In this document: one piece after another, positions 30,519 through 40,881 of the stretch
Numbering within the stretch: position 1 is the stretch's first letter
Layout of the letters: each line of letters begins with the position of its first letter
Source of the DNA: Bacteroidota bacterium
GTDB lineage: Bacteria; Bacteroidota; Bacteroidia; Bacteroidales; JAHJDW01
NCBI GenBank assembly: GCA_018812245.1
Contig: JAHJDW010000155.1
Coordinates: 2,458-66,457, forward strand
DNA length: 64,000 nt
Reading direction: 5' to 3'
Notes under the pieces: generated by a model
The model's input: the letters and a program-made list of their open reading frames with translations, nothing else
What the model was told of the DNA's origin: nothing
The model's database searches: none
Program-made: the position numbers and the translations under genes

Positions 30519-30826
30519 GGCGGAAGGATGTTGTAATTTCACGAATGGCTATGAATTCCATCCGTGAGATATATGATTATGTCAACGACCGGGAAAAGTC
30601 CGTTGCAAAAGCTCAATACGTAAAAAATGCGATTCTGGAAAAATGTCTGAGTTTGAAGGATTTTTCCGGGTACGCCATTGACCCTTTTCTTGCAGATTAC
30701 ACAGAAGAATACCGTTCCGTTTGCATCTGGGAGTATGTTATCATTTACCTTGTTGATGAAAAGCGGGTAAAGGTTTTGAATGTGGTTCATTCGAAACAAC
30801 ATCCTGAAATAAGGCAAAACATCTAA
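30512..30826 (+). CDS. RelE/ParE family toxin
   Basis: VVISRMAMNSIREIYDYV..YRSV..YVIIY..VKVLNVVH. Confidence 0.85.
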   Translation: MVRRKDVVISRMAMNSIREIYDYVNDREKSVAKAQYVKNAILEKCLSLKDFSGYAIDPFLADYTEEYRSVCIWEYVIIYLVDEKRVKVLNVVHSKQHPEIRQNI

Positions 30827-30935
30827 GTAACTTTATCACAGAAAACTGTGAAAAAATGAAAATCTCATCCGGATTGATTAGTATCCCCGAAAATTCATGC
30901 ACAAAATATGATGTAGAGTTGTATAGGTACGCACT

Positions 30936-31207
30936 GCGCATTCCCTGCAAAACCTTCACACCAAATTCCCTTACAAGGGAATGAGCTGAATAACAGCGCT
31001 TTGCGAATGAATAATGAAAAATTGTTTGGCGAAGTGCTTCAAAAACGGATGAACCACTTTCGGTTTTTTTCTTTCCGATTTTGATTGATTTTCTTATTCC
31101 CCGCCCAGCGGAATGCATCGGTTGCAGGGTTCTGTCAGGTTTTCTGTTATTCTGATTTTCATGGTTAGACCTGACAGGTTTTTAAAAACCTGTCAGGTCT
31201 AACCGCG
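30936..31207 (+). repeat. Composite direct repeat copy B, containing a 42-bp perfect palindrome (31163-31204)
   Basis: Same three blocks as copy A. Confidence 0.85.
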
Positions 31208-31389
31208 ATTTGGGCTACTAAACGCCTGAGCCAGTCGTTGTTTTCATGAATGTACTCTGCTACTTTTCCCTTGTTCTCGCTGCCATCGTCAACCAGCACG
31301 GTGGTTTTGTCGCGGGCGTTTGGGAATATGTATTCCTCTGCTACCTGTTTCAGGTTTTCGAATACGAAAGCAGAGGTCTTTGTGAAGGA
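31208..31389 (-). pseudogene. DDE integrase/transposase (rve-like) fragment
   Basis: Hand translation SFTKTSAFVFENLKQVAEEY..TTVLVDDGSENKGKVAEYIHENNDWLRRLVAQ; no start; bounded by repeats. Confidence 0.6.
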
Positions 31390-31558
31390 GAGGTTGTCTC
31401 AAAACGGCAGGTGAGCGTCATTGCGATCCGCCGCGGCGGATTATCGAATGATGAAGTTCAAATTTCTATGCCATTGAAAAAAAAATTCCTCCGGCATATA
31501 ACCTTTTCGTTTTTGAAGGGACTAATGGATATTAATCATTAACCCAAAAAACCGAATT

Positions 31559-33022
31559 ATGAAATGTTTATTTATTGGCGACAGCATGATGAGCAATTAC
31601 GCTTCGGCTTCAACCGCAGGGACAAAGTCTTCTGTCGCAGGAGCCATAGCAGGGATGCTGAATCAACGTGATTTTCAGGAACCAGACACACATTATTGCG
31701 GGCTTCCGGTTTCGCTGGAAGAGATCATCGACTCTTTTGAGCTATATTCAGGCTTCGGTAGCCGTCGGAAAACGCTGAACTTTGTTTCTGAGTCTGCTTC
31801 CGACATTTATCAGCGAAAAGCATTAGAATTTGATGATAGAATTGGCTTTTCAGCAAAAAAAATGAGTGATGAAAAACTACCATATTTCCATAATCTGAGC
31901 ATTTGCGGCTCAACTATGGCCGATCTGTGGACGCTCACTTCGCGGGTATGCAACAAAGAACACAGCGCAGACGCCAGATGTCAGCACACTGAGTTGCCAA
32001 TCAGCGGATTTTACAAAGCAGCCGGTCATGTTCTGAATCCGAAAGCCAAAAAAGATTTTCAGGATTTCAGTGCCCTCAAGTGGCTTGAGTATCATCATCT
32101 GGAAAACCCTGCTGACAACGGTGTCGAAAATCTGGTTGTCTGGGCAGGAACCGGAAATATTCTGAACACGATCATTGATATGGTAATTTGCCCGACTCCC
32201 GGAAGCGAGAAACTCCGTCCACATCACTTAGAAACACCCGACCGGCGGGCAATGAGCTGGAATCTTTACCATCCATCTGATTTTGAAGCAGAATATTCGG
32301 AATTACTTGAGCGAATTGACAAAGTCATGAGCAAAAACAGCAGTGCCTGGAAAGTAGTACTATGCAATATTCCGCATATAACCATTTTCCCCTTTATCAA
32401 AGGAGTGGGCAAGGAATTTTCGGTATCCAGGAACGGGAAGCAAAAAACATATTTCAAGTATTATACATATTTTCCTTTTGAATATGAATGTGCTTTCCAG
32501 TCGTCGCATAAGCTCACGTTGAAAGAGGTGTTATTGATTGATGAGACGATTGATTCATACAATGCTTCGATTCAGTTGCTCGTTGAAAAAATGAATAAGC
32601 GCCACAAAAAAAACCGTTACCATATTGCCGACATCAATAGCATGTTGGATCAGATTGCCATAAAGCGCAACGGCTATGCAGTAAAGTTTAACGGCTACGC
32701 AATCCCATCGGGAATTTTCCCTGTACCCGACACCAAATTCTACTACTCTGATGAATCAGGATCAATCAAGCAGGGTGGGATTTTCAGTCTCGACGGAGTC
32801 CACTTTTCATCGTATGGTAAAGCGATGATTGCAAAGGAAATCCTCTGCTACATTTCGAAATATCAATCGGGTCAGAGTTCTGCCCAACAGGCAAGCTGGG
32901 CAAATTTCATACGAACCGACAGGCTGTTTTCGAACCCACCGAAGAATCTTTACAAGGTATATGAGGATCCGGCAATCAGCGAATCGGTTGTAAATATGAT
33001 TATTCAGGCATTTCCCGGATAA
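31559..33022 (+). CDS. SGNH/GDSL-like hydrolase
   Basis: FIGDS at the N-terminus, FSLDGVH at the C-terminus; block III atypical (WAGTGN). Confidence 0.7.
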   Translation: MKCLFIGDSMMSNYASASTAGTKSSVAGAIAGMLNQRDFQEPDTHYCGLPVSLEEIIDSFELYSGFGSRRKTLNFVSESASDIYQRKALEFDDRIGFSAKKMSDEKLPYFHNLSICGSTMADLWTLTSRVCNKEHSADARCQHTELPISGFYKAAGHVLNPKAKKDFQDFSALKWLEYHHLENPADNGVENLVVWAGTGNILNTIIDMVICPTPGSEKLRPHHLETPDRRAMSWNLYHPSDFEAEYSELLERIDKVMSKNSSAWKVVLCNIPHITIFPFIKGVGKEFSVSRNGKQKTYFKYYTYFPFEYECAFQSSHKLTLKEVLLIDETIDSYNASIQLLVEKMNKRHKKNRYHIADINSMLDQIAIKRNGYAVKFNGYAIPSGIFPVPDTKFYYSDESGSIKQGGIFSLDGVHFSSYGKAMIAKEILCYISKYQSGQSSAQQASWANFIRTDRLFSNPPKNLYKVYEDPAISESVVNMIIQAFPG

Positions 33023-33040
33023 ATAATGTGTAAAGAAGAC

Positions 33041-33081
33041 AAAAAAAAAAGGGTTGCCGGAATTGACAACCCTTTTTTTTT
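33041..33081. terminator. Bidirectional intrinsic terminator
   Basis: A10-GGGTTGCC..GACAACCC-T9 between convergent genes. Confidence 0.85.
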
Positions 33082-33093
33082 GAAAAGTATAAA

Positions 33094-33519
33094 TTACTTG
33101 CGTTTCCTTTTTTCAACAACAGGGGCAGCTTTCATTTCTTTGGTTCTGGTTTTTTCGTAGAGGTCTTTGTAAAGTTCGACTTTTTCCCTAAGGTCTTCGA
33201 TGCTGCATCGTAGGCTATCGATGTACTCCTTATTCTGTTCGATTATGTGTTCGTACAGTTGCTTCATTGCACCGTCGGTATCGAACTTGAAACCTTTGTT
33301 GATCGAAAGAGCCTGATCAGTGTTATACGTGATAAGTTCAATTGCTGAAATTTCAAATATTTTTGAAATTTCAGTAATTCTTGTCATGTTCACGTCAGCT
33401 TTTCCACTTTCGATGTTAGAATAAGCACTCAATGAGAGGCCTAATTTATCGGCCATAAGTTGCTGGGTAAAATTTTTGTTTACCCTGGTTTTTCTGATGT
33501 TTTCGTTAATCTTGGTCAT
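33094..33519 (-). CDS. XRE-family HTH regulator with coiled-coil tail
   Basis: NIRKTRVNKNFTQQLMADKLGLSLSAYSNIESG. Confidence 0.9.
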   Translation of the reverse strand: MTKINENIRKTRVNKNFTQQLMADKLGLSLSAYSNIESGKADVNMTRITEISKIFEISAIELITYNTDQALSINKGFKFDTDGAMKQLYEHIIEQNKEYIDSLRCSIEDLREKVELYKDLYEKTRTKEMKAAPVVEKRKRK

Positions 33520-33685
33520 GCCTGTAGTGATTTTGGGTTAATACTTCTCAGCACAAAATTAATACAATTATCATAAAAGCAAAGAATTGAGCAATTTATT
33601 TTTGCTAAAACTGGCGTGACAAATATCATATTTTTCTCGTCACAACACCACAATAACAACTGAATAGTTATGTGACGAGGCAATT

Positions 33686-34711
33686 TCACTCACTCCTGTA
33701 TATGTCATTGGAAATTCCCTTTGATTGACTTCCCTCCTGTTTGCGGCGCTTGAGCATACGAATATATCTCTTGCGGTAAAAAGCGCGATCCTCTTCAGGT
33801 ATTGTATTCAGTAATTCCTCAAGGCGAAGCATGTCGGCAGGCGACAATTCTTTTGTATCCGGTTCAGGATTTCGTGCATCGTAATCCTTCACCAGATTCC
33901 ATCGTCCATTTTTCCAATTCAGTGCCTCATAAGTGAAATCAGGACCATAAAAACTATACTGACCTTCAAGTTTTGGATCCAACAACATTAAATTATCGGG
34001 AGCTGAAAGATGGTCGAACACAATCAATTCTTCCTTTTCATAATACTTCAACGACATACTGAGCTGTGCCGAATATTCAAAAATTACTCGCTTACACGTT
34101 TTTCGCTGAAGCCTGATGTTTCCGCCAAACTCTATTCTTCCGTTATTGCCAGGACTCAACACTTCGATCACTTTTTGGGAAGTAAGCAGGTTGTTTCCTC
34201 TCCAACCCAGCAGTGTATATACTGTTTTACCCATCTGCCTGGTAGCAATCAGTTTGTAATAGTGCGCTCCGTACCAGCTCTGGGGTGTAAGTCTTTTTGT
34301 TTCAGGCGAAAGTGTTTTTTCTGATTTGTCGGTCAGCACATATAAGTCGAACTTCTCTTTTGATTTATTTTTCACATGCAGTAGCCCAAAATAGCTGTAT
34401 GTCCCGTCAGTCCATGGAATATGCCATGTGAAAACCCGGAATTTCCCGTCGTCTGCTGCAAGAATCGAAATCGTATTTAGTTTTTCGAAAATGTATGCTC
34501 CAGCTCCATCCATTGCCAACATATCCTTAAGCAATTTAGAAAAAACCGCATTTGATTTTGATTTCAGGGAATCGTCAGTACTTCCAAGAATTGTTTTTGA
34601 AAGCACCAGTAAAGAGTCTTCAGTTTGCTGAAAACTCATCTCATGCTGCGAATTCGCTACCTGAGTACATGCAGAAAGCAGAAGGAAAAAGAATATTTTG
34701 ATGCTGTTCAT
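33686..34711 (-). CDS. Conserved exported hypothetical protein
   Basis: Signal peptide; DGKFRVFTW, WYGAHYY, IVFDHL, YGPDFTY motifs. Confidence 0.75.
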   Translation of the reverse strand: MNSIKIFFFLLLSACTQVANSQHEMSFQQTEDSLLVLSKTILGSTDDSLKSKSNAVFSKLLKDMLAMDGAGAYIFEKLNTISILAADDGKFRVFTWHIPWTDGTYSYFGLLHVKNKSKEKFDLYVLTDKSEKTLSPETKRLTPQSWYGAHYYKLIATRQMGKTVYTLLGWRGNNLLTSQKVIEVLSPGNNGRIEFGGNIRLQRKTCKRVIFEYSAQLSMSLKYYEKEELIVFDHLSAPDNLMLLDPKLEGQYSFYGPDFTYEALNWKNGRWNLVKDYDARNPEPDTKELSPADMLRLEELLNTIPEEDRAFYRKRYIRMLKRRKQEGSQSKGISNDIYRSE

Positions 34712-34783
34712 GCCATTAATTAACTACCGGATAGAGGAATTTATTGCAAATGTAATAAATTTGTTCACCATAGAATATTTGTC

Positions 34784-35830
34784 ATGAGTATATCAAAACA
34801 ACAAATGCAAGCACTGCTTGAACGACTTCATCGGCTGCTGCTCTCGTACCAGAACCCCCAGCCCGAGGTTGATAAGAACCACAACATCGGGCTTCAGTTT
34901 GCCGCTTCGCGACAGGTAATGAACAATCCCTGGTTTACGGAAAAGAGCGTAAAAATGGCAATCGGTGGCATTGCACATGCGCTCGAGCCTTCCAAAGTTG
35001 AAAAATGGCTTTCTGATTACGAAATTCCGGTCAGAAACCCTAAGAACATTGGTGTAGTGATGGCCGGGAACGTACCTCTGGTGGGTTTTCATGATTTCCT
35101 GAGCGTATTGGTAGCAGGGCATAATCTGATTGCAAAAACTTCGTCGGATGATAACGATTTGTTGCCTGTAATTGGCAGAATAATGACTGACTATGAGCCT
35201 CAACTGAAAAACCGCATCATGTTCACCGACGATCGGCTAATGGGTTTTGATGCGGTAATAGCGACAGGCAGCAACAATACTTCGCGATATTTCAAGCATT
35301 ACTTCGGAAAGTACCCACACATAATTCGCAAATCAAGAAATTCATTAGCTGTGCTAACAGGAACGGAAACACCTGACGAGCTTTCCGGATTGTGTCGCGA
35401 TATTTTCAGTTATTACGGGCTGGGTTGTCGCAATATTTCAAAACTCTACGTTCCTGAAAACTGGGATACTGCTTGTATTATCCCTCATACTGAAAAATGG
35501 ATGGATTATACCGACCATCATAAATATATGAACAATTATGTGTATCAGCAGGCCGTTTTTCAGATGCACAAGATAAACTATACCGACACTGGAAATCTTC
35601 TGTTGGTGGAGCATCCCGAATTATCCAGTCCGGTTTCTGTTGTCTATTACGAAAGATACAATTCAATCGAAAAAGTAGTGGCTGACATCGGGCAACTCCG
35701 CAATGAGATTCAATGCATTTGCGGAAATATCGGACAATTGTGCGATACACCGATGGGGAAGTCTCAGCAGCCCGAACTATGGGATTATGCCGATGGGATT
35801 GACACCATGCGGTTTTTGACTTCTATATGA
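34784..35830 (+). CDS. Acyl-CoA reductase (LuxC-like)
   Basis: NPWFT, VMAGNVPLVGFHD, IATGSNNTSRYF, GLGCRN. Confidence 0.9.
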   Translation: MSISKQQMQALLERLHRLLLSYQNPQPEVDKNHNIGLQFAASRQVMNNPWFTEKSVKMAIGGIAHALEPSKVEKWLSDYEIPVRNPKNIGVVMAGNVPLVGFHDFLSVLVAGHNLIAKTSSDDNDLLPVIGRIMTDYEPQLKNRIMFTDDRLMGFDAVIATGSNNTSRYFKHYFGKYPHIIRKSRNSLAVLTGTETPDELSGLCRDIFSYYGLGCRNISKLYVPENWDTACIIPHTEKWMDYTDHHKYMNNYVYQQAVFQMHKINYTDTGNLLLVEHPELSSPVSVVYYERYNSIEKVVADIGQLRNEIQCICGNIGQLCDTPMGKSQQPELWDYADGIDTMRFLTSI

Positions 35831-35939
35831 TTATCATTTTGTTTGTTCTTTTCCTACTCTGGTTTGTACATTTTGACTTTCAGGCTATTTTTCGAATCAC
35901 GCTATTTGTTTTTTGTACATTTGGTGCTGGGGGTAAATC

Positions 35940-36875
35940 ATGATTCATTACAGGGGAAATATCAGAATTTCAGGCACGCAGGAAATTGTGTATTCCAAAT
36001 GGTACTCCTGCCACAATGATATACCCAAAGCAGTTTGTGTGATTGTACATGGCATGGCGGAACATTCATTCCGATATGTCCGTTTTGCAGAAGCGCTTAC
36101 TGAGCAAGGATTTGCTGTTTACTCACACGATCTTCCCGGCCATGGTCGTTCAGTTGCATATTCTGGCGTTACAGGTCACTTTGCTGACGAAAATGGCTGG
36201 TCAGTCTGTCTGGAAATTTTGAAGAATTTTATCCTGAAAGTCCAGAAAGAGAATCCAGGCTTGCCTCTTCTGATTATCGGGCACAGCATGGGCAGTTTGC
36301 TGGTACGTTCCCTACTTGCGGTTGAGGAAATAAAACCCGCTGCAGTAGTGATTTCAGGCACATCACATCCACCGGGAATTTTGGTTTCATTCGGGAAAAT
36401 GCTGGCTTCGCACCAGGTCAGGCGAAACGGGGCACAATACAAAAACAAGTTGCTGAATAAACTTTCGTTTGAAAATTTCAACAAACGTTTTTCGCGTGGC
36501 AAAACAGACTTCGATTTCCTGAGCAGGGATGAAGCGGAAGTCGAAAAATATGTAGATGACCCGTTCTGCGGTTTTCATTGCACCGCTGCATTTTATTACG
36601 ACTTGTTTAGCGGTTTTGCCCTGATCAGGTCGCATTCCCCGTTGGAAAAACTGGACAAAACAACCCCGGTACTTATTCTGTCAGGATTAAATGACGCCGT
36701 AGGTGGTTTTGGAAAACAGGTAAAAAAAGTAATCAGCCAATTACAGCATTCTGGTTTTTCAAAAGTTAGTGTCAAACTATATCCCGAAGGGCGCCATGAG
36801 ATGCTTAATGAGACAAACCGGGAGGAAGTTACGCAGGATATTTTGGAATGGATACGCTGCGAAATGAATATTTAA
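35940..36875 (+). CDS. Alpha/beta hydrolase (lysophospholipase/monoacylglycerol lipase-like)
   Basis: HGMAEH, DLPGHG, GHSMG, RHEMLNE. Confidence 0.92.
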   Translation: MIHYRGNIRISGTQEIVYSKWYSCHNDIPKAVCVIVHGMAEHSFRYVRFAEALTEQGFAVYSHDLPGHGRSVAYSGVTGHFADENGWSVCLEILKNFILKVQKENPGLPLLIIGHSMGSLLVRSLLAVEEIKPAAVVISGTSHPPGILVSFGKMLASHQVRRNGAQYKNKLLNKLSFENFNKRFSRGKTDFDFLSRDEAEVEKYVDDPFCGFHCTAAFYYDLFSGFALIRSHSPLEKLDKTTPVLILSGLNDAVGGFGKQVKKVISQLQHSGFSKVSVKLYPEGRHEMLNETNREEVTQDILEWIRCEMNI

Positions 36876-38050
36876 GCCGGGAACAGATTCTTTTCTAATA
36901 ATCCGACTGAAGATTCCCATGTATAGTTGGTCTTCACAAACCGGCGACCACTTTCACCCACTTCTTTGCACAGCGGCTCGCTTCGCAGCAACTGCAAAAT
37001 CTTTTCGCTAAAAACCCGGGGGCTATCTCCTAACAGAACCTCAATACCGTCGGTGGCACCCATTGCATTATTTGCCAAAACACTGGTAACACAGGGAACA
37101 CCCATCGCCATTGCCTCCAGCAGCTTGTTTTGCTGACCAGCTCCAATTTGCATCGGAGCCACAAAAACGCGGGAACGCGCATAATAATCGCGGATATTGT
37201 CAACCCAACCCGTTACTCTGACTTTATCGCCTGCAAGTGCCTTAACCTTTGCTACTGGCGATGTACCAACAATCACCAGATGAGTTTCGGGTCGTTTCTG
37301 CCAAACCAAAGGCATAATTTCGCGGACAAGAAGAACAGCGGCAAGAATATTTGGTGGATATGCCATATTTCCGGTGAAAATCAGATCAATATCCTTTGGC
37401 TGCGCGGGATATGTAAAATATGATTCGTCGATCCCGTTCGGAATAATGCAGATTCCTTCTCTGTTTTCTTCAGGAAATGCTTCCCTGTCCTGATCAGAAA
37501 TAATACTGTATGTGCGGAATCGTCCGAGAAGCTGCAATTCGTACCATTGCAACCGCTTGTGTTCCAGACGAATCAATGTCTTTTTTGGAAATGATAAATA
37601 TTGAATTCTCCGCCCCAACGACATCGACAGCGCATCCATGTAGTCGAAATGGCAGGGAATATTGAGACCTTCCATGTACTCCGCCATTCTCACCATTTGA
37701 CAAACTGCTACATCGGGTTTGCGGCTCGCGACCAGTTGTCGCAATTCCCGCTTTGCTTTCCGGCTGAAAAAATATCCTGCTTGCATTGGTTTTTTCGTAA
37801 AGGAAAAAAGAAAAAGCTGCCAAAGCCTTGTGAGCAGAGGAACTCTTACAAAATAAATATCGGAGCAGAATGCAGATAGCATTTTGTGCGATTCAGGATT
37901 TACTTTTCCTTGATAAACCGCGAAAATGATAATTGTGTATCGATTTGATAGTTCCCGCATCTGATAATAAGCGCGAAGCTTGTCGCCTTTTTCCAGCGGA
38001 TATGGTATGCGCGACAGGATATATAATATTTTCGGCTTTATATCAGGCAT
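36872..38050 (-). CDS. Glycosyltransferase family 4
   Basis: PYPLEKGDKLR, FTGNMAYPPN, NKLLEAMAMG. Confidence 0.9.
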   Translation of the reverse strand: MPDIKPKILYILSRIPYPLEKGDKLRAYYQMRELSNRYTIIIFAVYQGKVNPESHKMLSAFCSDIYFVRVPLLTRLWQLFLFSFTKKPMQAGYFFSRKAKRELRQLVASRKPDVAVCQMVRMAEYMEGLNIPCHFDYMDALSMSLGRRIQYLSFPKKTLIRLEHKRLQWYELQLLGRFRTYSIISDQDREAFPEENREGICIIPNGIDESYFTYPAQPKDIDLIFTGNMAYPPNILAAVLLVREIMPLVWQKRPETHLVIVGTSPVAKVKALAGDKVRVTGWVDNIRDYYARSRVFVAPMQIGAGQQNKLLEAMAMGVPCVTSVLANNAMGATDGIEVLLGDSPRVFSEKILQLLRSEPLCKEVGESGRRFVKTNYTWESSVGLLEKNLFPA

Positions 38051-39245
38051 TGCAAAGTTGTTCGTAAAAACCTGTCAGTTTGCTGATCAGTGTGGCGGGA
38101 TTATATTGCTCAAAAATCAGTTTTTTTGCAGAAATTTCAATACTAACACGCAATTCCGAATCAGTCAATAATGATACTACTGCTTTAGCGAACTCTTCAG
38201 GAGCATCAGCAATCAGAATATTCTCACAATGCGAAACATTGATGCCTTCAGCAGCGATGGATGTTGCCACAATGGCCTTCCCAAGCGACATTCCTTCAAT
38301 AATTTTCACCCTCATACCGCTTCCCGACAAAAGGGGTACGATCATCACTTCTGAGGAGGCGATAAATGCAGCACTATCGTTTACTTCGCCGGCAATCAGT
38401 ATCTGATCCCTTCCATTCCACTGGCTAATATCATCGGGCATATTTCTTCCTGCCAATCGCAACCGGGCATCCGGGTTCATTGTCAGGATTAACGGCCAAA
38501 TTTCGCGGAGAAACCAGAATATGCCTTCCTGGTTTGGCATCCAGTCCATTGTTCCGATATGGCAAACCGTGTTCTTGTCGGCTTTAACGTGGTTGAAAGA
38601 ATCGGAGGGGAACAAAGTTGCCGGGAAAACCAATGTTGGCGTTTTACAGCCTGTATCAGCAATATACTTTTCGTCGTTCGGCGTGATTGGGATGATTGCA
38701 TCGAATTGCGGAAATACATTTTGCTCGTATTTCTTCAATCTGTTTTTCATGATCTGAATATATATTCTCTTCAACGGGTTCTTCTGATTTGCTGCATATC
38801 GTTCCCAAATCAGATATTCAATATTATGAGCCCGTAATACCAGATGCGCTTTTGAAAGGTTTCTGAACACTTCAATATATGGGGCCATGTACACTGACTC
38901 GAATTGTATGATATCGTATGTAGTTTCTTTTAGTATTTCCTTGATTTTTTCTTCAAAATCTGCTGATACAAAACGAGTAATATTATATGGCAGCGAAGAG
39001 AACAAATTCAGGAACGCACCAACAGATTTTACTCTTGTGTCTATTCTGACGCCCTGCACATTGAACCTGCTTCGAAATTCTTCAGGCAGATCGGACAGTC
39101 TCACACCGAATTTTGGTGTTTCAATGCAAAGTACATCAACCTGATGACCTGCATTGCGCAAACCGGATCCAATCTGATTGATAGCGATGCTGCCTCCTTC
39201 GTTGAGGGGCCAGGGAATTTTATTACAGAGCTGCAGAATCCTCAC
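38043..39245 (-). CDS. Glycosyltransferase family 4
   Basis: HNIE, GTMDWMPN, GSGMRVKIIEGM. Confidence 0.9.
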   Translation of the reverse strand: MRILQLCNKIPWPLNEGGSIAINQIGSGLRNAGHQVDVLCIETPKFGVRLSDLPEEFRSRFNVQGVRIDTRVKSVGAFLNLFSSLPYNITRFVSADFEEKIKEILKETTYDIIQFESVYMAPYIEVFRNLSKAHLVLRAHNIEYLIWERYAANQKNPLKRIYIQIMKNRLKKYEQNVFPQFDAIIPITPNDEKYIADTGCKTPTLVFPATLFPSDSFNHVKADKNTVCHIGTMDWMPNQEGIFWFLREIWPLILTMNPDARLRLAGRNMPDDISQWNGRDQILIAGEVNDSAAFIASSEVMIVPLLSGSGMRVKIIEGMSLGKAIVATSIAAEGINVSHCENILIADAPEEFAKAVVSLLTDSELRVSIEISAKKLIFEQYNPATLISKLTGFYEQLCNA

Positions 39246-40692
39246 CGGTATTTTTCTTTATATGAAACAACAAACGGAAGGCTCCTGAGATCATGCCTTT
39301 GTAGTAATCAATCGAGAATATTTTCGCATCAGTAGTTGCTTTCATGGTCATAAAAAGCCCGACCGGAAGAAATACGGCAGTAGCGATCCACATCCCCTGA
39401 CTGGCGGGGATTGCACCCTCGCGCACCATTTTTTCTCCTGTAATAGACAGGACATGAAACCCGATAAACAGCAAAACGGAAAGCACCATTGGCATTCCAA
39501 ATCCTCCTTTTCTGATAATTGCACCTAATGGGGCACCCACAAAAAACAGTATCAGACAGGCAACAGAAAGTGTGAATTTACGCTGATATTCAATTCTGTG
39601 TTTGTTGAGTAATTTGCTCCTTGTTTTGAAATCTTCTTTAACAAAGGCCATATATTCGGCATCGTCGCGGAGGTAATTTATCGCGGCTTCATAGATGATG
39701 TGGTACTTGTCGGGGTTATTGTTTGAAATAAAACAAGTATCGGGCGAGATATCAGCCGCTGTTGCATAAATCAGCGAATCGCCATCGGAGTAAAGCTTCA
39801 GCCAGTTGGTTTTGGCGAAAAGCCGGTTGGCCTGAGTTACTTTTTTATTGGCGAAGTCGATAACAAAACTATCAATTGCAAGGGTAAGCTGCGAAACGTT
39901 CATCATCTGGAAATTGTCTCTGAAAATCTCTTCATTGGATCTCGAAAGTGCAAATTCATTGAGGTCAAAAAGGATTTGTTGTTTATCAAACTTAGTCCGC
40001 TTAAATGGATATCTTTCTCTTTCCTCTCTTGATGCGTGGCTTTCATTATAGTTGTATCCGTCGGAAAGTGAAAAAATCATATACCGCCGATCGTCCGACA
40101 TATTGATTCTACCATTTTCGGCCAGCGTAATATTCAGCCTCCCGCTGTGATAGGTATGATCGATGATGATCACTTTCCTGACGGTTTCACCATCTCTTTC
40201 CTTTTTTCCGACATACAGCACATATCCGTCAATTTCGCTGTTAAAAATTCCTTCTTTCAGATTGAGAGCCGGCTTTTGTGATCTGACATCATAGAGCAAT
40301 GTTCCCATTTTAAGATTTGCCAGAGGAAGCACATAGTTAGAAAACAGAAACGCCAGAATAGAAATGGAAAAGGCGGTGGCGATAAGAGGTCGCATGGCTT
40401 TTTGGAGTGAGACACCTGCTGCTTTTATGGCAGTCAGTTCGCTGTGCTCACCGAGGTTCCCGAAGGTCATTATCGAAGAAAGCAGCATTGCAAGCGGAAG
40501 AGCGAGCGGGACAAATGTAGAACTGGCGTAAAACAGCAACTCTGAAAGAACATACCATTCAAGCCCCTTCCCTACGAGATCGTCAATATATTTCCACAGA
40601 AACTGCATCAGCAAAACAAACAGGCTGATGAAGAAGGTGGCTGCAAATGGCCCCATAAACGACCTGATAATGAACCAATACAGTTTTTTCAC
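39223..40692 (-). CDS. LptF/LptG family LPS export permease
   Basis: LWKYIDDLVGKGL, GNLGEHSELTAIKAAG, GAPLGAIIRKGG; GTG start at 40692 downstream of the -7 motif. Confidence 0.92.
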   Translation of the reverse strand: MKKLYWFIIRSFMGPFAATFFISLFVLLMQFLWKYIDDLVGKGLEWYVLSELLFYASSTFVPLALPLAMLLSSIMTFGNLGEHSELTAIKAAGVSLQKAMRPLIATAFSISILAFLFSNYVLPLANLKMGTLLYDVRSQKPALNLKEGIFNSEIDGYVLYVGKKERDGETVRKVIIIDHTYHSGRLNITLAENGRINMSDDRRYMIFSLSDGYNYNESHASREERERYPFKRTKFDKQQILFDLNEFALSRSNEEIFRDNFQMMNVSQLTLAIDSFVIDFANKKVTQANRLFAKTNWLKLYSDGDSLIYATAADISPDTCFISNNNPDKYHIIYEAAINYLRDDAEYMAFVKEDFKTRSKLLNKHRIEYQRKFTLSVACLILFFVGAPLGAIIRKGGFGMPMVLSVLLFIGFHVLSITGEKMVREGAIPASQGMWIATAVFLPVGLFMTMKATTDAKIFSIDYYKGMISGAFRLLFHIKKNTGEDSAAL

Positions 40693-40881
40693 AATGCAAT
40701 TTTGAAAGCGCAAATATAACGAAACGATGCGATTATTGTTGCCCGATAAGTTAATGCTCCTGATTTCCGTTATGAATTTGTTAATAAATTGTTAACACCA
40801 ACGCAAAAAAAAGTCCGAAGAATTTTTTTTTATCTAAAAAAAACGTACATTTGGCGACAATAACCCTGTAAAAGCAACCGC

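Noticed and set aside
29986-31204. CRISPR repeats (two identical 42-mers)
   Set aside because: Only two copies, ~1.2 kb apart, perfect palindromes, no cas genes
31246-31542. 98-aa plus-strand ORF
   Set aside because: Antisense shadow of the DDE fragment plus repeats
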